NCBI RefSeq assembly: GCF_013004595.1
Contig: NZ_JABEMC010000006.1
Coordinates: 62,001 to 126,000, forward strand
DNA: 64,000 nucleotides
Direction: 5' to 3'
Origin: Brevibacterium luteolum
GTDB taxonomy: Bacteria > Actinomycetota > Actinomycetes > Actinomycetales > Brevibacteriaceae
In this document: piece by piece, positions 59,084-64,000 of the stretch
How positions within the stretch are numbered: the first letter of the stretch is position 1
Layout of the letters: each line of letters begins with the position of its first letter
Translations under genes and position numbers: made by a program
The notes under the pieces: generated by a model
What the model was told of the DNA's origin: nothing
Databases searched by the model: none
What the model saw: the letters and a program-made list of their open reading frames with translations, nothing else

Positions 59084-59451
59084 TAATGCAGAACCTTCAC
59101 CGTTGCGCCGTTGGTGGCCCGAATTCGATAGATGGTCCCTGGCTTCAATCCTCCAATGATCACTTTCGTTCCAACCTTGCCGTTCTTCAACTCAAGCCTG
59201 GCGGATGCCGTCTTCCAACTATTCCCTGACTTGTATTCGCCAAAGTAAACCGATTTTGAAACCTTCTTAGCCTTCACTTCAGTAAGATTAACGTCTTTAC
59301 ATTTGGTGCTCGGCTTAACATGTTGGTGTTTGAGCTCTGTCCAGAAGCTGTGACAAGGACCAGCAGCCGCAACTGGCTGGGCCGCTGCGATCCCCCCGCC
59401 AAGTGCGACGGCGAGAACTGCCGCCAAGGAGGCAGCCTTCGCTGACTTCAT
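59083..59451 (-). CDS. Small cationic secreted protein of unknown function
   Basis: Sec-type signal peptide (~29-30 aa), Lys-rich mature part, two Cys; AAGGGG RBS. Confidence 0.75.
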   Translation of the reverse strand: MKSAKAASLAAVLAVALGGGIAAAQPVAAAGPCHSFWTELKHQHVKPSTKCKDVNLTEVKAKKVSKSVYFGEYKSGNSWKTASARLELKNGKVGTKVIIGGLKPGTIYRIRATNGATVKVLH

Positions 59452-59539
59452 TATAAATACCCCTTACTACATGAGACGACACGCCACTCTAGTGCGATGA
59501 CGCTAAGAACATAGTCCCAATACACCCAGTGCTCATGGA

Positions 59540-59557
59540 ATACGTTGTCTGACGTAT
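59540..59557. promoter_or_regulatory. Inverted repeat ATACGT-N6-ACGTAT upstream of the island operon
   Basis: Lies ~25-45 nt upstream of a minus-strand TATGTT -10-like hexamer that has no good -35. Confidence 0.4.
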
Positions 59558-60260
59558 GTTCTCAATTCCGGTTACGGCGGGAAGGGCAGTTGCCGAGGAC
59601 TCGCTGACCCTCCCCTCAACTCATTGAGCAGGATCGAGAATGCTCGACCGCACACACAGCTGTGGCCCGCCAGCGCATAGCTCACCAGGAGCTGTCTGGT
59701 GGGGTGCCGTCGGGCACGCGCCCAGACGATGCCCCCGTTCAACACGATCGAGCGTCCCGGCCCACCAGTGAACGGTTCATCGGGCTAAGTCTGTCTTGAG
59801 TAGACAGCATCCGCCCACCTGCGCCACCTTCGTAGGTAGCCACCGGCTCGGTGCGCTACCCGGTTCTGAACGAGAGTCTCGCCTACCCGTTCCGTTCTGC
59901 CGGCGGATTCAGGGACTGCTACAGAATCGGAACAGACAAGACTTAACGGAAAGCTCACAGTGCCCCAGGGTCTGAAGAACAGCAATCCGTGAGTCGATCA
60001 CAGACGATGCAGAGCGCTGAACCGAGCAACATCTGCGTACGGCGGAGAAAGGAGACGTCCTCGCGATTCTTGACAATCAGGAATTGTTTCAAGACAGAAG
60101 TCTGCACTTGCGCGCCCGCGACTGCACAAGAGAGCGAGACCCTCACTCCCGCACTCAAGCGCACATTCGATTCCGAAGATGACATCCACGATCGAGTCAA
60201 GTGACGAGATCGTCGCGACGAACGCAACCGAAGCCATAGGGAACCGCGTATCATCTCACC

Positions 60261-61574
60261 ATGGACCCAGTGAATCGCAAGAATGGAGGCCCCAGCAACG
60301 CGCGGGTCGCGCTATTGAGGAACCTGTCCGGAGACAGATTCATCGATCCGGCTGTCAGACTCAGTAGCGTCCTCATCGCTGTCACGTTAGTTTCCTATGG
60401 CGACGCGGGGCCGGATCCATTCGCGCTCGCTATCCAAGCCTTGGCTGCAGGCGCGGTCGTTCTATGTAGCTTCAAGCCGCTGCCGGGCATGGCCCTTGCA
60501 GCCTCCGCCCTAGTTCTTGAACTCGCGACAGGTCTCGACATCGGAGTTCATATCGCAGTGTCCGCCTGTATAGCGATTTCGCTTACGTACCTGCGATGGA
60601 AGGTCGCGACGATCGGCTCCGCATTCATTTGTCTGAGTGTCATATGGAAGCTCTTCATGACGTCCATCAGCCTGACAGCACTCGTTCAGGTGGAAGGCTA
60701 CGTTTTGGTGCTCGCGCTGATTCTAGGGGCAAGTGGAGGGCTCGGCCAGCAGCGCCTCGACGCTGCGATGTTCAAAGCCGAGGTTGCGGGTCGTGACGCA
60801 GAGCGAAAGCGCAGCCAGGAACGAACGGGAATCGCAAGAGACGTTCACGACTTGATCTCATTCAACTTGACGCGCGAGACTCTGATCCTGAACTCGATTC
60901 GGCTTGACACTACGGTGATGACAGATGATCACTTGGCTGAGCTACGAATAGCTAACCACGCTACGCAGAGATCTCTTCGTCAGCTCACCAAAACGTTGAC
61001 CGGACCAGCAGCACTAGGAAAGATCGCACAGACAGATGATCTCCAGACCATCTGCGAGGACGTCGAACACACTTTCAACGGATTGGCAACACCGTTGACC
61101 GTCTCATGTCACATACCAGCACGGTTCTGCTCAGTGCACGCTTTCCGGCACCTGGAGTGCATCATCACCGAAGCGGCCTCGAACATCCTTCGGCATCATG
61201 ACAAGAACCGGCGAGACCCCGCCGCGATCGATATCTATTTTGATGAGCAGACAGCAGAACTAGCAATTCGGACGTCGAACCCATGTAACCCGGCGAGCGA
61301 GAAACGCGAGCCACATTCGCTTGTCAGCAGGGTTGCCGAACTTGGCGGCGCTCACTCTATCCACGTGAACTCAACTTTCAGCCTGGAAGCACACATCCCA
61401 GGGGAGCTTCAATCACTCGCTCACTACTGCGGTGAGCATCTTTCCGATATACGCGATTTAACGGATGCGTCATCATCAGACTTAGTGTTCAGATTCCGGC
61501 ATGAAGATTGTGCTTTCGCTGATCCTCGCCGGATCCGCTTCGATCGCTCTGACGGAGACACCGAATCCCACTGA
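60261..61574 (+). CDS. HisKA_3-type membrane sensor histidine kinase (degenerate ATPase boxes)
   Basis: ~5 TM segments; H-box ERTGIARDVHD; N-box EAASNILRH; RVAELGG; G boxes not recognisable. Confidence 0.75.
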   Translation: MDPVNRKNGGPSNARVALLRNLSGDRFIDPAVRLSSVLIAVTLVSYGDAGPDPFALAIQALAAGAVVLCSFKPLPGMALAASALVLELATGLDIGVHIAVSACIAISLTYLRWKVATIGSAFICLSVIWKLFMTSISLTALVQVEGYVLVLALILGASGGLGQQRLDAAMFKAEVAGRDAERKRSQERTGIARDVHDLISFNLTRETLILNSIRLDTTVMTDDHLAELRIANHATQRSLRQLTKTLTGPAALGKIAQTDDLQTICEDVEHTFNGLATPLTVSCHIPARFCSVHAFRHLECIITEAASNILRHHDKNRRDPAAIDIYFDEQTAELAIRTSNPCNPASEKREPHSLVSRVAELGGAHSIHVNSTFSLEAHIPGELQSLAHYCGEHLSDIRDLTDASSSDLVFRFRHEDCAFADPRRIRFDRSDGDTESH

Positions 61575-61691
61575 TGCAATCCCTCCTAGCGCCTCCCACA
61601 CAATTGTTGATTCCCGTAGCCACCCCAAGCCTGACTTTCTATGTGCATTATGGAAGCGGACAAACCCAAAACTGTACAAGGAACGGTGCAC

Positions 61692-62339
61692 ATGACTCGC
61701 GTAGCAATCATCGATGACGACGCGTGGGCAGTCCGTGGCATTGCCTCTGCGCTCGAAGATGCAACGGGGTTTGATGTCGTCGCCGAGGAATACAACGGAA
61801 GCAACGGCGTAAAAGCGGTGCTCGAGCACCACCCAGATGTCGTCCTGATGGACGTGAATATGCCGGGAGGCACCAACGGCATCGCAGCTACTGCCCAGAT
61901 CCGACAGATGTGCCCGACAGCAAGAGTCATCGTTTTGACGACGCTGTCCCCTGGGCCGGGGCTTGCGAGGGCGCTAGAAGCAGGTGCGATCGGGGTGGTG
62001 ACGAAGTCAGACCCACCGGATGTTCTCGTCGCAGCGATCCGTCAGGTGATGGACGATGATGAACCTGGTGCGCTTAAGAACCTCGCCGAAACCATCTTCA
62101 TCAGCGGCGATCCCATGCCAGATTCGCCAGCAGTCCCGCCGCGTCTCACTTCCGCTGAACAGAGCATCCTTGAGTACATCGCTCGGGGCATGAGCTATGC
62201 AGACATTGCCGAAGAGCTCACGATCTCTCCGGCGACGGTACGGACACACGCGCAACGTCTACGTGAGAAGCTCAATGCCCATTCACTGTCACAGCTGGTC
62301 TATCGGGGCCTGCAGATGAGATTCATCAGCGTCTACTGA
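61692..62339 (+). CDS. NarL/LuxR-family response regulator
   Basis: IIDDD, VLMDVNMP, LTT, K conserved; LT..E...IARGMS..DIAEEL.ISPATVRTH...LREKL HTH. Confidence 0.9.
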   Translation: MTRVAIIDDDAWAVRGIASALEDATGFDVVAEEYNGSNGVKAVLEHHPDVVLMDVNMPGGTNGIAATAQIRQMCPTARVIVLTTLSPGPGLARALEAGAIGVVTKSDPPDVLVAAIRQVMDDDEPGALKNLAETIFISGDPMPDSPAVPPRLTSAEQSILEYIARGMSYADIAEELTISPATVRTHAQRLREKLNAHSLSQLVYRGLQMRFISVY

Positions 62340-62388
62340 CCTGGCTATATCTCTTGCCTCTGTCCAGCTACCGGTGCTGTCGAGAGCG

Positions 62389-62420
62389 GTGGCCCAGAGT
62401 CCCCTGGGGCTCTGGGCCAC
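62389..62420. terminator. Hairpin between convergent response regulator and glmM
   Basis: GTGGCCCAGAG-TCCCCTGGGG-CTCTGGGCCAC. Confidence 0.75.
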
Positions 62421-62449
62421 GACGATGGTCTGCGAAACCGGTCAGGCGC

Positions 62450-63916
62450 TCACAACGCGAGTTCGCGCTTGACGACCTCTGCCAGGCGTTCGGCTTGCTG
62501 CTGGGCGAAGTCGTGTGTCTCTGCTTCGACCATGACGCGGATGACCGGCTCGGTGCCAGACGCGCGCAGCAGCACGCGGCCGGTCTTGCCGAGCTCGGTC
62601 TCCACTGCTTCGACCTCGGAGGCGACGGCGGGGTCGCCGGCCCGGGTCTTGTCCACGCCCTTGACGTTGATGAGCACCTGCGGCAGCCGCGGGATCTCGG
62701 CAGCCAGGTCGGCAAGTGAGCGTTTCGTCTGCGCCATCCGGGCCAGCAGGTGCAGGGCGGTCTGCACGCCGTCGCCGGTGGTGCCGTAGTCGAGCATGAG
62801 CACGTGACCTGACTGCTCACCGCCGAGGGCATAGCCATCGGCGAGCATACGCTCGAGCACATAGCGGTCACCGACCTTCGTCTGCACCGTCGTGATCCCA
62901 GCCTGCTCCATCGCCAGATGCAGGCCGAGGTTCGACATGACCGTGGTGACGAGCGTGTCGTGGGCGAGCTTGCCTGAGTCCTTGAGGCTCAGCGCCAAGA
63001 TGCCCATGATCTGGTCGCCGTCGACCTCGCGGCCGAGTGCGTCGACGGCCAGGCAGCGGTCGGCGTCTCCGTCGAAGGCGACACCGGCATCGGCGGAGTG
63101 CTCCTTGACCGCAGCAACGAGCGAATCGATGTGGGTGGAGCCCACGCCGTCGTTGATGTTGTAGCCGTCCGGGTCAGCGGCAGTGACGATGACGCGGGCG
63201 CCGGCTTGGCGCAGCGCGGCAGGTCCGACGACCGAGGCGGCGCCGTGGGCGCAGTCGACGACGACGGTGAGTCCGGCCAGCGGCGCCCCGATGATCTCCA
63301 GGGCACCGGTGACCGGCGCGACCGGCGCATCCGGGTCGGAACCGGCAGGCTGCTGGCCCTTGAATACGCCCATGACCAACGATTCGACGTATTCGTCGGC
63401 AGCGGACGGAAAGTTGCGGATGCGGCCGACGGCGTCACCGGTCGGGCGATCCCAGTCGGTGCCGATGAGGCCCTCGATCTCGTCTTCGAGAGCGTCGGGC
63501 AGCTTCGTGCCGCCGCGGGCGAAGAATTTGATGCCGTTATCGGGCATCGGGTTATGGGAGGCGGAGAGCACGACGCCGAAGTCGGCGCCGGTGTTCTTCA
63601 CCACGTGGGCGACACCGGGGGTCGGCAGTTCCCCGACGAGCAGCACGTCGACGCCGGCGGCGGCGATGCCGGAGGCGACGGCATGGGTGAGGAACTCACC
63701 GGAGGCGCGGGTGTCGCGGCCGATGACGGCGAAGGGGCGCTGGCCGTTGGCGGCGACGCCGGCACCGGAGGGTCCGGCGACGGCGGCATGCTGGCCGTTG
63801 CTGCCGCGGCGGGCGAGCACACGGGCGCCGGCTTCGGCGATCTGCAGGGCAAGGGTGGCGGTGATGTCGGCGTTGGCGAGTCCGCGCACGCCGTCAGTGC
63901 CGAAGAGTCGTGACAT
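62450..63916 (-). CDS. glmM: Phosphoglucosamine mutase
   Basis: [55 protein letters not shown]. Confidence 0.96.
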   Translation of the reverse strand: MSRLFGTDGVRGLANADITATLALQIAEAGARVLARRGSNGQHAAVAGPSGAGVAANGQRPFAVIGRDTRASGEFLTHAVASGIAAAGVDVLLVGELPTPGVAHVVKNTGADFGVVLSASHNPMPDNGIKFFARGGTKLPDALEDEIEGLIGTDWDRPTGDAVGRIRNFPSAADEYVESLVMGVFKGQQPAGSDPDAPVAPVTGALEIIGAPLAGLTVVVDCAHGAASVVGPAALRQAGARVIVTAADPDGYNINDGVGSTHIDSLVAAVKEHSADAGVAFDGDADRCLAVDALGREVDGDQIMGILALSLKDSGKLAHDTLVTTVMSNLGLHLAMEQAGITTVQTKVGDRYVLERMLADGYALGGEQSGHVLMLDYGTTGDGVQTALHLLARMAQTKRSLADLAAEIPRLPQVLINVKGVDKTRAGDPAVASEVEAVETELGKTGRVLLRASGTEPVIRVMVEAETHDFAQQQAERLAEVVKRELAL

Positions 63917-64000
63917 GGTCGTCCTTGTGGGTGATGTGACAGGTCAGAGGGCCCAGCTGGCCTGGCTGCAGACACTCGAACCCCCGCACCGCGCAGGGCG

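Larger units (their letters stand above)
54990..62350. other. Lower-GC accessory island (secreted protein, lipoprotein, adaptor, MacB-like ABC; two-component system)
   Basis: Loss of GC3 bias and more A/T: line 59221-59280 has 24/60 G+C versus 40/60 for flanking line 53701-53760; no integrase seen; boundaries approximate. Confidence 0.75.

Noticed and set aside
59100..59150. GLKPGTIYRIRATNG resembles the fibronectin type III C-terminal motif
   Set aside because: The rest of the protein could not be aligned to FN3 by eye; needs a profile or structure search.
59572..59781. Minus-strand reading DEPFTG...RSIVLNGGIV resembling ABC ATPase fragments
   Set aside because: Too short and incorrectly spaced to call a pseudogene without a search.
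59785..60367. Short ORFs (62-99 aa) in the island spacer
   Set aside because: No convincing RBS, codon bias or recognisable motifs; they overlap one another.
54977..62378. Loose similarity around ACCGGTG at both island ends (54991 and 62370) as att or target duplication
   Set aside because: Only 7 bp exact, with no integrase, transposase or tRNA target; could be chance.
63977..64000. Probable half of a terminator hairpin upstream of glmM
   Set aside because: Truncated by the window edge; the second arm cannot be confirmed.
1..64000. CRISPR arrays, tRNA/rRNA genes, IS elements, prophage genes
   Set aside because: No regularly spaced repeat-spacer array, cloverleaf, rRNA-like tract, transposase, integrase or phage structural gene was recognised.

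Overview
This is a high-GC actinobacterial chromosome segment. Gene content and order suggest Micrococcales, possibly Brevibacterium-like (inference). In order along the window: a 5'-truncated FtsK/EccC-like ATPase and a GNAT gene; a nucleoside uptake/catabolism cluster (punA, phosphosugar mutase, deoC, deoA, cdd, BMP-type ABC transporter); MarR, ABC-F, DUF2871+MFS; ispE, rsmA, a THUMP-like methyltransferase, a sulfurtransferase, mug, a GH3 hydrolase, ybdK and a NUDIX gene. The conserved tsaD-rimI-tsaB-tsaE-alr-nnr-acpS-glmS-coaA-glmM backbone follows, interrupted by four accessory blocks: a DUF222/HNH gene, a TetR/amine oxidase/APC permease unit, a peptide ABC importer, and a ~7.4 kb lower-GC island. 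The most notable observations are five. (1) The island encodes a small, strongly cationic secreted protein translationally coupled to a Cys-rich lipoprotein, then a peptidoglycan-binding adaptor and a MacB-like ABC transporter, opposite a NarL-type two-component pair. A decayed 3' end of a second permease allele at its edge suggests cassette replacement. (2) A 15-bp motif, CCGnnCCCGAGGCGG, recurs in intergenic DNA, hairpins and dispensable protein tails, in several reading frames. (3) The HNH gene has a RecA-independent (PafBC-type) DNA-damage promoter. (4) Many genes have leaderless starts. (5) A 59-aa membrane ORF is absent from the ORF track. No rRNA, tRNA, CRISPR array, integrase or transposase was recognised. 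All counts and alignments were made by eye.
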